In this document: positions 1 to 10,929 of the stretch, one piece after another
How the letters are laid out: every line of letters begins with the position of its first letter
Position numbering within the stretch: the first letter of the stretch is position 1
Assembly: GCA_025465015.1 (NCBI GenBank)
Contig: JAODMM010000091.1
Coordinates: forward strand, 1 to 50,564
Direction of reading: 5' to 3'
Source of the DNA: Cryobacterium sp.
Lineage (GTDB): Bacteria > Actinomycetota > Actinomycetes > Actinomycetales > Microbacteriaceae
DNA: 50,564 nucleotides
The notes under the pieces: generated by a model
Told to the model about the DNA's origin: nothing
Seen by the model: the letters and a program-made list of their open reading frames with translations, nothing else
Databases searched by the model: none
Made by a program: the position numbers and the translations under genes

Positions 1-2934
1 GAGCGGGTTGACCCGGCCGAGCTGGCTGAGTTTGCGTTCCGCCGAGACCAGGCGGCGCTGCTGCTCTTCTCTGTTGTACGGCACTCCCCCATCCGGGCCG
101 TCTCCACCTGCCACGGGGACGAGTTCAAGCGGACCGTACTCAGCCACCAGCACGTCTTCGACGAGCCCGAGTTCGCTTCCCGCCCGCTCCAACAGCGCCG
201 ACAGGTGGAGTCTCTTCTCGTAGATCTGCAACTCGAGTCCGTGCACGTTCTCGGTAATCACCTGCAGTCGTTCGCGCAGTGCGCCTTCCTCTCGCCGAAG
301 TGCGCTCAGTTCCTGGTTCTGGCTGGTACGTTCCGTCTCCGCCGCGCTGAGGCGCAGTCTTGCTTCCCCGACGGATGCGTCGACAGAACTGAGCACCGCG
401 GGCAGAGCTTCTGCCACCTCAGACGCGGCGTCTACCTGGCGACGACGGATGACGGCTCGTCGCGCCGCTTCCTCGGCTGCCTGCCGGTCGGCCTCGAGCT
501 GCCGTTTGAGGGCGCCGAGTCGAGTTTGCTCTGCCTTGACCCGTTCCCGGGAAGTCTCGACCTGAAGGCGGGATTCCACTTCACGTTCCCGCGCTGCCTC
601 CAGCTCGGCATACAACGCGTCGCGGGAACTAACGTCGAGGATCGGGCGCGGCCGGGTCCGGGCGTTCTGCAAGTCCGCTGAGGAGCGTTCCGCCTGGCTG
701 CGTGCCTCCTCGACAGATTGGCCGGCGACCGCGAGCGTGGCCGAGAGCCGGTCGAGTTCGGCAACGGATGCCTCAGCCTGGACGCGGGCGCGGTTGAGTC
801 GCTCCGTACGCGCCGCGCGACGCGAGTTGTATTCGCCAAGCGCTGCGAGGACATCGCTCGACTGCTTCTTGTGCGCCTGCAGGAACGTCCTCGCCTCGGC
901 GAGGTCCGCCCGAAGGTGCTCAATACGTGAAGTGACCACCTCGAGTTTGTCGGCTGCGACATCCCGTTCGGCGACGAGTTCCAGTTTGCTCTGCCTGGCG
1001 CCTGAACCACCCCGAAGCACATACGAGGTGAGGACATCGCCCGTTTTTGTGATGATCGTCGTGGAGCGCCCACCGGCCTGTTCCTCAAGCGACCGGTGGA
1101 GGGCGCGTGCTGCTGCGAGGTCGTCGGCGATGACCATGTGGGCGAGGAGACCGAGTACGCCGTTGGGGGCGTTGACAACGGATACGGCAGGAACCACTCC
1201 CGAGGCGGCCAGGGGCGCGTTGTCCCCTGCTTGAGCGTCGGCGATGATGAGCTCTATCCGCCCGAGATCCCGGCGACCCGCATGCTCCAACGCTGCGTGA
1301 GCGGCATCCGGGTTCTCGGCGAGCACCGCGTCGGCGAGCGTACCCAGCGCGGCGGCGATCGCGGCCTCGTACCCCGGGTCCACCCGGACATGCTCGGCGA
1401 CAAGGCCCCGGATCCCCGGGAGCCGCGCGCTGAGCAAGGCCGATGACCCGTCCTTCTGGTTCAGAGCAAGTGAGAGGGCGCTCGTGCGGGCGGCGAGCGC
1501 ATCGCGCTCACGTTCGTCGATGTGAAGGTCCTCGCGCAGCCGCTCGATTTCCGCTTCGGTTTCGGCGACCGAAGCTTGCGCGAGCTCATGAACCGCGTCG
1601 AGGTCGGTCTCAGACGCTTCGAAGGTACCAGCTTCGGCCTCCAGGGTCGCGACGAGTTCGTGCGCGGCGCGCTGCCGCTCGAGGGCCGCATCTCGGGAAT
1701 TCTGTTGGCGGAGGACCTCACCTCGTACTGCTGCCAGCCGCGATGCCGCGGTCTCCGCCTGCCCGGTGAGCTTGGAGATTTCGAGGTCGTGACGGGAGAC
1801 CAGCGCCGCCTGAACCGCGATCTCCTCATCGACGGAATCAAGCTGGCCGCGGGCCTCGGCTGTCACCGCTTGAGCGGTGTGCCAGCGGGATTCAGCGAGG
1901 GCGATCTCGTCCTGGAGCCGTGCGATCTCGGCTTGCGCGTCGTCGAGCATCCCCGGCGAGACCCGTGGTGCGTGCTCCACGATCTCGGCCTGGGATCCGA
2001 GGAGTGCGAGACGCTGGTTGGCGAGGGTGTACAAGCCGCGGAGGCGCTCCTGAACCGATTCCAGGCCGAAGCTCGTCCGGCGGGCGATGTCAACAGCGTC
2101 GCCGACTTGGGCCCGCTCCAGCCGCTCCAGTCGGAGTTGCTTCTGTTCAAGCTGCTCCTGGAGAACAATCCGTTCGGAGTGCCGCTCGTTCTCAGTGCGC
2201 CCATGTTCATCGAGGGAGCGCCGGAGCGTGACCACGTCATCGGCAAGCAGCCGAGCGCGGGCGTCGCGCACGACGGCGGCGATGGTCTGCGCCTCCCGGG
2301 CGATTTCCGCCTGGTGGCCGAGTGGCTTGAGCTGCCTGCGGATCTCGCCCGCTAGGTCGCTCAACCGGGTGAGGTTCGTCTGCATCGCGTCGAGCTTGCG
2401 GAGTGTCTTCTCCTTGCGCCGCCGGTGTTTGAGGATACCCGCGGCCTCTTCGATGAACCCTCGACGCTCTTCGGGGCTGGCGCGAAGGACCGCATCCAGC
2501 TGCCCCTGCCCGACGATCACATGCATCTCCCGGCCGAGACCGGAGTCGCTCAGCAGCTCCTGAACGTCGAGAAGTCGGCAGGTCTGCCCGTTGATCGCAT
2601 ATTCGCTCGACCCGTTGCGAAACAGGGTGCGCGAGATCGTCACCTCCGAGTACTCGATGGGGAGAGCCCCGTCGGAGTTGTCGATCGTCAAGGTCACTTC
2701 CGCTCGACCCAGCGGCCCGCGGGTGGACGTGCCGGCGAAGATGACGTCTTCCATCTTCCCGCCGCGGAGCGTCTTTGCCCCCTGCTCTCCCATCACCCAG
2801 GCCAACGCGTCGACGACGTTCGACTTGCCGGAACCGTTCGGCCCGACAACGCAGGTCACGCCGGGTTCGAAGGCGAAGGTCGTGGGCTGCGCGAAAGACT
2901 TGAACCCCTTCAGGGTCAGGCTCTTCAGGTACAC
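1..2934 (-). CDS. smc: Chromosome segregation protein SMC (5' part; runs off the left edge)
   Basis: Absent from the ORF track because it has no stop in the window. Manual translation from GTG at 2934 gives MYLKSLTLKGFKSFAQPTTFAFEPGVTCVVGPNGSGKS (Walker A). The same frame at positions 60-1 reads QRRLVSAERKLSQLGRVNPL, typical of the SMC C-terminal region. Confidence 0.96.
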   Translation of the reverse strand, partial: MYLKSLTLKGFKSFAQPTTFAFEPGVTCVVGPNGSGKSNVVDALAWVMGEQGAKTLRGGKMEDVIFAGTSTRGPLGRAEVTLTIDNSDGALPIEYSEVTISRTLFRNGSSEYAINGQTCRLLDVQELLSDSGLGREMHVIVGQGQLDAVLRASPEERRGFIEEAAGILKHRRRKEKTLRKLDAMQTNLTRLSDLAGEIRRQLKPLGHQAEIAREAQTIAAVVRDARARLLADDVVTLRRSLDEHGRTENERHSERIVLQEQLEQKQLRLERLERAQVGDAVDIARRTSFGLESVQERLRGLYTLANQRLALLGSQAEIVEHAPRVSPGMLDDAQAEIARLQDEIALAESRWHTAQAVTAEARGQLDSVDEEIAVQAALVSRHDLEISKLTGQAETAASRLAAVRGEVLRQQNSRDAALERQRAAHELVATLEAEAGTFEASETDLDAVHELAQASVAETEAEIERLREDLHIDERERDALAARTSALSLALNQKDGSSALLSARLPGIRGLVAEHVRVDPGYEAAIAAALGTLADAVLAENPDAAHAALEHAGRRDLGRIELIIADAQAGDNAPLAASGVVPAVSVVNAPNGVLGLLAHMVIADDLAAARALHRSLEEQAGGRSTTIITKTGDVLTSYVLRGGSGARQSKLELVAERDVAADKLEVVTSRIEHLRADLAEARTFLQAHKKQSSDVLAALGEYNSRRAARTERLNRARVQAEASVAELDRLSATLAVAGQSVEEARSQAERSSADLQNARTRPRPILDVSSRDALYAELEAAREREVESRLQVETSRERVKAEQTRLGALKRQLEADRQAAEEAARRAVIRRRQVDAASEVAEALPAVLSSVDASVGEARLRLSAAETERTSQNQELSALRREEGALRERLQVITENVHGLELQIYEKRLHLSALLERAGSELGLVEDVLVAEYGPLELVPVAGGDGPDGGVPYNREEQQRRLVSAERKLSQLGRVNPL

Positions 2935-3170
2935 CGCGCCCGCCCTTCCCAGCCCATGCAGCTCTCCAAGTCTCGCAACCGCGTTGCCATGATGGGACAA
3001 CGGTACCCGACGAGGGGCGAGGATCCCGGCAGGCGCCGCCCACGTCGTCGCTGCCCTCGCTGAGGACGCTTGCTGTGGATCTCTAGCGGAACCGGATGCG
3101 AGGAACCGGACCCAGGGCATCCCGGCCATGGTCACATTCGCTGCCGAAGAGAACCGAGGCATTCGCGATG

Positions 3171-4112
3171 TTAATCCGCCGGGTGGGGCCTCGTGCGCAC
3201 CGTCTGGCAGCGAGGGCAGAGGTGTGAAGAGCGGTTCATGAATGCTTCCCGCACGAGGATCGTCCCGCAGCGAGGGCACGGTTTGCCGTGCTGCCCGTAC
3301 GCAAGGAGGCTGTGCGCGAAATACCCGGATTCCCCGTTCACGTTCACGTACTGGGCGTCGAAACTCGTTCCACCTTCTGCCAGCGCCTTGTGGAGGATGG
3401 TGCGCACGGCAGCCAGCAACGATCGGGCTGTCGTGCGCGACAACGACGAAGCGGGCTGTGCGTAGTGGATCTGCGCTGTGAAGAGGGCCTCGTCGGCGTA
3501 GATGTTGCCGATCCCGCTGATGAGGGTCTGATCGAGAATGGCTCGCTTCACGCCGGTCCGCTTGGCCGAGAGGGCGGTGAGGAAATGGTCGTCGCGGAAG
3601 GCGGGGTCGATCGGGTCCCGGGCGATGTGAGCAACCTGACTGGGGAGCGTCGCCCAGGCGTCCGTGTCGCCGCTGGTGCCGCGTGCGGTTCCCGAGAAAC
3701 CGCCGGGGAACCCGTCGGGAGTGGGAAGCAGGGCATCGACAGCCATGCTGCCGAAGATCCGCTGGTCGACGAAGTTGAGCCAGTACTCGCTCCCGTCGGG
3801 GTGATCGAGATGCAGGCGGATGCGCAGAAGCCGGTCGCCGGTATGGCCCGGGCTTCGCAGTAGCAGCTGTCCGCTCATTCCGAGGTGCGCGACGAGGGCG
3901 CGCCCTCCCTCGAGGGGCACCCAAAGGAACTTGCCGCGCCGGACTGCGCCCAACATGCGCCGCCCCTCGAGGAGCGCAGTGAAAGATCCGTTTGATGGAT
4001 CGTGGCGGCGGAGGGAGCGCGGGTCGAAAACTTCGACCCCGGCAACCCGGGCACCCGTCACAGCAGGTTCAATTCCCGCCCTCACCACTTCGACTTCGGG
4101 AAGTTCAGGCAT
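3171..4112 (-). CDS. mutM: Formamidopyrimidine-DNA glycosylase (Fpg)
   Basis: N-terminal PELPEVE, RRGKFL, HLGMSG, H2TH motif GIGNIYADEALF, and C-terminal CPRC...CPRC zinc finger. Confidence 0.97.
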   Translation of the reverse strand: MPELPEVEVVRAGIEPAVTGARVAGVEVFDPRSLRRHDPSNGSFTALLEGRRMLGAVRRGKFLWVPLEGGRALVAHLGMSGQLLLRSPGHTGDRLLRIRLHLDHPDGSEYWLNFVDQRIFGSMAVDALLPTPDGFPGGFSGTARGTSGDTDAWATLPSQVAHIARDPIDPAFRDDHFLTALSAKRTGVKRAILDQTLISGIGNIYADEALFTAQIHYAQPASSLSRTTARSLLAAVRTILHKALAEGGTSFDAQYVNVNGESGYFAHSLLAYGQHGKPCPRCGTILVREAFMNRSSHLCPRCQTVRTRPHPAD

Positions 4113-4120
4113 GGATGGCC

Positions 4121-4813
4121 TTAGCCGTTGGACAGCTGCGTCCAGGCCTCCAGCGCAGCGGCCATCTCGGCATGCTTCTTGCTCGTGCCTTCGCCGCTGG
4201 CGCTGGCGAGATCCCCGACCGTCACCGTCGCGACGAAGACCTTCGCGTGGTCAGGTCCGCTCTCTGCGACGGTGTAGACCGGGACACCTGCCCCACGACG
4301 GGCCCCGAGTTCTTGCAGGCTGGTCTTGGGATCCATGGCGACACCGAACCGGTCAGGATCTGACAGGAGCGGGTCGACCAGGCGGAGCACGAAGGCAGTT
4401 GCGGCATCCGGACCCGCATCCAGGTAGACGGCGCCGATAAGCGCCTCCACAGTGTCGGCGAGAATCGAAGCTTTTTCGCGCCCTCCGGTGAGCGTCTCGC
4501 CGCGGCCGAGCCGGAGGTACTCCCCCAGCCCGATTCCCCGCGCAATTTCCGCCAAAGCCACACTCGACACCAAGCTCGCCCGGCGCTTGGCCAGGTCCCC
4601 CTCTTCGAGGTCCGGGTACTGGCGGTACAACATCACCGTCACTGCTTGACCGAGAATCGAGTCGCCGAGGAACTCCAGCCGCTCGTTCGTGGGAATGCCG
4701 CCGTTCTCGTACGCGAACGACCGATGGGTCAGTGCGAGCTCAAGGAGCGAAGGATCGATCTGGATACCGAGGGTCTCCTGCAAGGATGACCTGTCGGTTT
4801 CCGTCTGCGTCAT
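4121..4813 (-). CDS. rnc: Ribonuclease III
   Basis: Signature NERLEFLGDSILG, plus a dsRBD beginning DPKTSLQE and containing GPDHAKVF. Confidence 0.98.
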   Translation of the reverse strand: MTQTETDRSSLQETLGIQIDPSLLELALTHRSFAYENGGIPTNERLEFLGDSILGQAVTVMLYRQYPDLEEGDLAKRRASLVSSVALAEIARGIGLGEYLRLGRGETLTGGREKASILADTVEALIGAVYLDAGPDAATAFVLRLVDPLLSDPDRFGVAMDPKTSLQELGARRGAGVPVYTVAESGPDHAKVFVATVTVGDLASASGEGTSKKHAEMAAALEAWTQLSNG

Positions 4814-4840
4814 GAACCCTCGGCTCCTAGAACGATCAGA

Positions 4841-5044
4841 CTAGACGTCTGCGACCTTGCGACCCTTGTATTCCATGAACAAAGCGGTGCCTGCGGAGTC
4901 CTCCACGACCTTCGCGCGGTGCGGGAGGCTGTAGGTGACCTTGCCGTTCTCGATGGTCTTGACCAAGGTGGGAACCTCAGCCTTCCACTGTGAACGACGA
5001 GCGCGCGTGTTGGCGCGCGACTGCTTGCGCTTGGGAACTGCCAT
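4841..5044 (-). CDS. rpmF: 50S ribosomal protein L32 (cysteine-free form)
   Basis: MAVPKRKQSRANTRARRSQW N-terminus; canonical position between yceD and rnc. Confidence 0.96.
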   Translation of the reverse strand: MAVPKRKQSRANTRARRSQWKAEVPTLVKTIENGKVTYSLPHRAKVVEDSAGTALFMEYKGRKVADV

Positions 5045-5046
5045 GA

Positions 5047-5619
5047 CTACTTCTCTTCTCTTTCCGTTTCAGCACGGATGTCCGCATCCGTGCTGGTGTC
5101 TTCGGAAGCTGTGAAATTTGCAAGTGCGGCCCATCGAGGATCGCGCGTTTCCTGCGGTTCGAGTTGGGGGGATTCAGCCAGCCGCGCTCCGGTCTCGGGG
5201 TCGAGACCCGGGCAATCCGGCCGGCACACCGGCTGGAACGGCAGTGATAAAACCACCGCATCCCTGATCAGAGGTTCAAGATCCACGTGGTCATCTTGAA
5301 CCTCAAACTCAAAAGCTTCGTCTAGAGAATACGCGAAAAGATCCTGAAACTCGACTTGGACCGGCAACTCGATGTCGATGAGGCACCGACTGCACACTCC
5401 TGAGGCCGTTCCGGACACCGTTCCGGAGGCCAGGATGCCCTCGTGCACCGCCTCAAGCCGCAAATCTGTTCGGAGGGTGGAACCCGTTTTAACGGCGACG
5501 AGACCTTCACCGAGGTCATCTGGGACGACCACACCAAGGTTCTGTTCGCGCATCGTGCCCGGCCGGTTGATGAGGTCCCGCGCGTCGAGCGTGAAGGGCG
5601 TCTTTCTGAAGGTGCTCAC
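5047..5619 (-). CDS. YceD/DUF177 family protein
   Basis: CSRCL and CRPDCPGL...DPRWAAL motifs; immediately upstream of rpmF. Confidence 0.93.
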   Translation of the reverse strand: MSTFRKTPFTLDARDLINRPGTMREQNLGVVVPDDLGEGLVAVKTGSTLRTDLRLEAVHEGILASGTVSGTASGVCSRCLIDIELPVQVEFQDLFAYSLDEAFEFEVQDDHVDLEPLIRDAVVLSLPFQPVCRPDCPGLDPETGARLAESPQLEPQETRDPRWAALANFTASEDTSTDADIRAETEREEK

Positions 5620-5629
5620 TTGCTCAATT

Positions 5630-7987
5630 CTACGCGTTGCGGATCCTGCCCGAGTTCTGCCGCGCGAGAACTGCCGGCCAGAGCGACGCCGGCAGGGTCA
5701 GCGCACGCACACGGGCGGCCCGGTCAGACGCGCGGTGAAGGGCTTCCGTCACGATGTCGAGGTCGTCAGCGAGGTCCGCGCCCTGGTCGGCTGCAACCGC
5801 CTCCTCGGGGCGGGCGTAACGGTGCCGTTCGAGAGCGACGAGAAGCCGGTCGAGGGCTTCGGCGGCGGCGGCGTCACCATCGAGACCGGGCAGCCCGGAA
5901 AGACGCCGCGCCAGTTCCCGCGGGGTCTCCAGCTCGGTGACCCGTACCGCGTGGTCGATGGCCGAGTCACCCAGCTCTGCCCACGCCGTGGCGGCGCCCG
6001 CGGATCCTCGCCGCAGACGGCGCATCCGACCCTGGCGTCGTAGCGACCGAGCGGCCGCCGGGCCACCCATCAGGCAGACGATGAGGGCCGCGAGGGCTCC
6101 GACGCGCAACAGGGCGTCGGAGCCTGAGGTGCTGCCCGCAGCGGAGTTGACGCTACCCCCACCGGTGGTGAGCCCGTCGTCGCCGGCCCGCGGGGCGCTC
6201 GTGGGGAGCGTGGCACCCGACGCGGAACCCGGGCCGGCGCTGTCTGCGGGTCGCGCATAGGCGGGCACACGTCCGCGGCCCGGGGTTGGCTCGAACGACA
6301 CCCAACCCACCCCGCCGAAGTAGAGCTCCGGCCAAGAGTGCAGATCGTTGGAATTGATGTTGAACTGTCCCGCCCCCGCCCCCGCCACGCCGTCGCTGGT
6401 CTTGGTGCCCGGGAGGTACCCGACGGCTACGCGTGCGGGGATTCCGAGGCTCCGCGCCATCACAGCCATGGCAGAGGCGAAATGCACGCAGTAGCCTCGC
6501 TGAAGCTCCAGGAATGTGCCGATGACGTCGACTCCCCCACCGTCATAGCCGTCGTCGACTGGAGCATCCGTGTCGTAGGCGAACTCGCCTCCGCGAAGGT
6601 AGTCCTGCAGTGCAACCGCTGCATCGTAGGGCGTACCGGTCCCGGAAGTCACGGCCCGGGCGGTGTCATCGATGATGTCGGGGCGCAGCGTCGGGAGGTC
6701 CATGGCGGGAAGAACGGATTGCGGGTACTCGCTGCTCGAGTCGCGCAATTGCCCGGCAGTCGGCTTCAGCTCGAGGGCTGTGACCTGGTAGCTCTGGCCC
6801 AACGTGGACGAGTCGAAACTGCGGATCGCGCGGGTGTGGCTGTCCCAATACCAACTGCCGCCGAGTCCCTCCACCCGGGTGACTAGCGGGGGGACGGGCA
6901 GCCAAGCCGTGTCCACTCCGTCAATGACCACGGAGGTGGTCGTCTCGACGCTCTCAACGGATTTCGACAGCTCTGGCGAACGGGTGATGTCTTGCACGGT
7001 GTTGTCGCGGTTGATGCGGTTCGTGCTGGCCACCCAGGTGGTCCCGACGAATCTGTCCAAGGTGAGGAGCTTGAAGTAGGGCTGGGCTACCGCCGTGGTC
7101 GTGTAATGCAGTGCGGGTTGGGGCCGCGGACGCCGGAGGTCCTGCCCCAAATCGATCATGGGGCTCACGCCGCTCCCGAAAAGCAGACTGCCATTGCCGG
7201 ATCCCACCGGGCTGTGCTCGGTGAACGCCGGCGTGGCGGCGCTCAAAACGAGGGCGCTGACAATGCCAATGCTTCCCACCGCCACCGCACCCCCCATCGG
7301 GCCCGGGCCGAGTCGAGTTGCCCGGGCGAAGACGCGAGGGGCGCTGCGCCCTTCGGGGAGCTGGTTCGCCTCCTCAGTACGGCGAACCCGCGCGTCGAAC
7401 CAGAGCAGAACAAGGAAAGCACCGGCGGCAAGGACCAGCGAGAAGATCTCGGCCCCGCCGTCGATGATGAGCCCCGGAACGCCGACCGGGATAAGCACGG
7501 GGATTCCCGCGAGCGCCGGCCAGCGCAGGGTGATTGCGAGGGCGTCCACGAGCACAGCGATGAGTCCGACGCCGCTGGCGAGCAGGAACGTGATGCCGGC
7601 GACCGGTGCCGCAGGAGTGCTCTGTTGGCGGATGGAGTCGATCCCGGAGTCGATGAGACCCTGGAATACGGTGAACGTGTCCGGAGTGGGAATCAGCCAG
7701 ACAAGACCGGTCCCGGCACCGAAGACGAGGGTGAGGAAGGTAAGAAGAACTCCGAGCCCCGTGATCGGCACGAACGACCTCCGAACACCCAGCCGCCGGA
7801 ACCCCGCCGTCGAGATTAGGACGATCGTGACGGTGAACGTCATGGCCCACATCCAGCCCGTTCCCCGAAGCAGCGGTGCCAATGCACCGCTTCCGACGAC
7901 GAGGAGCAGAAGGAGCGCCCAGGTTAGCGGCCAGTACGCCTGATGCCGGGGACCTGGGACGCTCCGCGCAGGTTCAAACCGTGTCAT
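5630..7987 (-). CDS. Membrane transglutaminase-like protein (TgpA/DUF3488 plus transglutaminase core)
   Basis: Multiple N-terminal TM segments, then GYCVHFASAMAVMAR (Cys), HSWPE (His) and WVSFEPTP. Start moved to the ATG at 7987, which overlaps the DUF58 stop, rather than 8356. Confidence 0.9.
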   Translation of the reverse strand: MTRFEPARSVPGPRHQAYWPLTWALLLLLVVGSGALAPLLRGTGWMWAMTFTVTIVLISTAGFRRLGVRRSFVPITGLGVLLTFLTLVFGAGTGLVWLIPTPDTFTVFQGLIDSGIDSIRQQSTPAAPVAGITFLLASGVGLIAVLVDALAITLRWPALAGIPVLIPVGVPGLIIDGGAEIFSLVLAAGAFLVLLWFDARVRRTEEANQLPEGRSAPRVFARATRLGPGPMGGAVAVGSIGIVSALVLSAATPAFTEHSPVGSGNGSLLFGSGVSPMIDLGQDLRRPRPQPALHYTTTAVAQPYFKLLTLDRFVGTTWVASTNRINRDNTVQDITRSPELSKSVESVETTTSVVIDGVDTAWLPVPPLVTRVEGLGGSWYWDSHTRAIRSFDSSTLGQSYQVTALELKPTAGQLRDSSSEYPQSVLPAMDLPTLRPDIIDDTARAVTSGTGTPYDAAVALQDYLRGGEFAYDTDAPVDDGYDGGGVDVIGTFLELQRGYCVHFASAMAVMARSLGIPARVAVGYLPGTKTSDGVAGAGAGQFNINSNDLHSWPELYFGGVGWVSFEPTPGRGRVPAYARPADSAGPGSASGATLPTSAPRAGDDGLTTGGGSVNSAAGSTSGSDALLRVGALAALIVCLMGGPAAARSLRRQGRMRRLRRGSAGAATAWAELGDSAIDHAVRVTELETPRELARRLSGLPGLDGDAAAAEALDRLLVALERHRYARPEEAVAADQGADLADDLDIVTEALHRASDRAARVRALTLPASLWPAVLARQNSGRIRNA

Positions 7988-9329
7988 GAACGACTCCGCG
8001 CTGCTGTTGGACCTCGGACCAGGCAGCCGTGATCTCGTGGGAACTCGTGACCGTGATGCATTGCCACCCTGCGTTGATGAGGTACTCGAGCATGTCGCGC
8101 CGCACCGTACCCACCGTGAACGCGACCGCCGGCTCGCAATGCCCGCGGACGGACGCCAGCCCGGCAGCATCCGCGTCATTGATGTCGATGAGGATAGCGA
8201 ATGCCGGAAGCTGGCTGCTGGCTCCCCGGGAGGCCACCCACGAGGCACCGGTAGCGACGTCTGCTTCCTGACGGTGAATGGGCATGAGGTTGGCCAGTCC
8301 TTCCAACAGCTGGCGATCACCTCCCGGTGCGCGGAAGGCTGTGGGCATGTCACCATTCAGGGCGCCACGTTCGCGGTCGAGACCGGGGGCCAGCTGACTG
8401 GCGCCGAGTTCGGCGACGTTCAGCCGGAAACCTCCGTCGAGGAGGTGCGCACCGACGGATGCCGCCAGCTCGACCGCAAGCTCGAAGTCCTGGTCGTAGC
8501 GCCTGTCCCGTTCCCCGTGCATCAAGGAATGCTCACGCGGACCGCTCAGGGTCGTATCGAGGATCAGGAGAGCTTCAGGATTGCTGCGTTGCTCCTCCTG
8601 GCGAACCATGATCTCCCCGTGACGGGCTGTGGCGGGCCAGTTCACGCGGCGGAGTGCGTCGCCGGGCCGGTATTCGCGGGCGATCAACTCGTCGGAGTTC
8701 GGGTTCTCTCGCCGCAGTTGCTCGTGCAGCGACCCATCGCCGCTGGTGAGAGCAATCCCTGCACCGGGAAGGGAGGTGATTCGGGGCGTGACCACGAGGT
8801 CGTGCGGCTCACCGACCCGTCGTTCACTGAATGCGAGACCGAAGGGGTCGTGCTGTCCGAGGACGAGCGGACCGATCCCGTGCACGCCTCTCTGGCGCGG
8901 GAGGATCGTATATTCGAGCGTCGCACTGTCGGCGCCGTTGTCACGGCCGCCCTCGTACCGCTCCAGGGACGGCAGCTGGCCCGTGCCCGGCGCCTTGGTC
9001 GCCCCGTTCGTCGCGTCACGCCAGCGAGCGCCGTACAGCGGCCGGGAGGAGAGGTTCTGCACGAGGAGGCAGACGACAGCTTCACTGCCCGCTGCCACGA
9101 TCGGTGGCCGGAACGTGCGCGTGACGTGAAGTCGGGACGGCCGCACCGCCACGTATACGAGGGCAACGAGCGGCACGGCAAGGAGCACGCAGGCGACGAA
9201 CAGAAGGTCGCGTCGGTTGACCACGAGGGCGTTGAGGAAGAGTGCACCGCCTGCCGTGAGGAAGATCAAGCCGCGCAAGGTGAGCCGGGGGAACCAGCCC
9301 GGACGCGAGAACCGCCTGATCACGGGCAT
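7974..9329 (-). CDS. DUF58 domain protein (MoxR-associated)
   Basis: REYRPGDALRRVNWPATARHGEIMVRQEE motif, DPFGL, and an N-terminal TM pair. Confidence 0.92.
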   Translation of the reverse strand: MPVIRRFSRPGWFPRLTLRGLIFLTAGGALFLNALVVNRRDLLFVACVLLAVPLVALVYVAVRPSRLHVTRTFRPPIVAAGSEAVVCLLVQNLSSRPLYGARWRDATNGATKAPGTGQLPSLERYEGGRDNGADSATLEYTILPRQRGVHGIGPLVLGQHDPFGLAFSERRVGEPHDLVVTPRITSLPGAGIALTSGDGSLHEQLRRENPNSDELIAREYRPGDALRRVNWPATARHGEIMVRQEEQRSNPEALLILDTTLSGPREHSLMHGERDRRYDQDFELAVELAASVGAHLLDGGFRLNVAELGASQLAPGLDRERGALNGDMPTAFRAPGGDRQLLEGLANLMPIHRQEADVATGASWVASRGASSQLPAFAILIDINDADAAGLASVRGHCEPAVAFTVGTVRRDMLEYLINAGWQCITVTSSHEITAAWSEVQQQRGVVHDTV

Positions 9330-9334
9330 AGCCG

Positions 9335-10371
<1,037 letters not shown>

Positions 10372-10375
<4 letters not shown>

Positions 10376-10860
10376 ACCTTCGACCCTTGGAGGAACGAGG
10401 CGACCGCTGGCGGCACATAGGGCGACACATCGCCCCCCAGCGCGGCAACCTGCCGGACCAGTGAACTCGACACGTGAGCGTGAGCCGGGTCGGGGAGCAT
10501 GAATACCGTCTCCACGCCGGCGAGGTTCCTGTTCACGATGGCCATGGGCGTCTCATACGCCACGTCAACCTGCGAACGGATGCCTTTGACGAGCACGCTC
10601 GCGCCGACATCCGTGCAGTAATCGACTAACAGCCCGACGCTCCAGGAGGCCACGGTGATAGTGTCGGGCAGCCCCGATTCCCGGACCGCCTGCTGAATCA
10701 GGGCCACCCTCTCAACGAGCGGCAGGAGCGCGGATTTCGCGGGGTTGTGTACGACGAGAACGTGGAGCTGGTCGAAGAGCCCCGCAGCCCGTTCGATCAC
10801 GTCGAGATGTCCCAGGGTGACGGGGTCGAACGACCCGGGGACGACGGCGATCCTCTGCAT
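10372..10860 (-). CDS. coaD: Pantetheine-phosphate adenylyltransferase
   Basis: [13 protein letters not shown] and SSSLVRQVA motifs; start placed at ATG 10860 (MQRIAVVP). Confidence 0.96.
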
Positions 10861-10929
10861 ACGCTTCACATTAGCCCCCGGGACCGGTAGCGCGCGCCCT
10901 CCCACAGCACACTCCAAGTCCGGTGGATG

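Noticed and set aside
8-3063. Numerous ORF-track calls over the left edge
   Set aside because: They are shadow or alternative-frame ORFs of smc, which the track missed because it has no stop in the window.
7988-8356. 123-aa N-terminal extension of the transglutaminase ORF
   Set aside because: It overlaps DUF58 in another frame and looks non-protein-like; ATG 7987 fits translational coupling.
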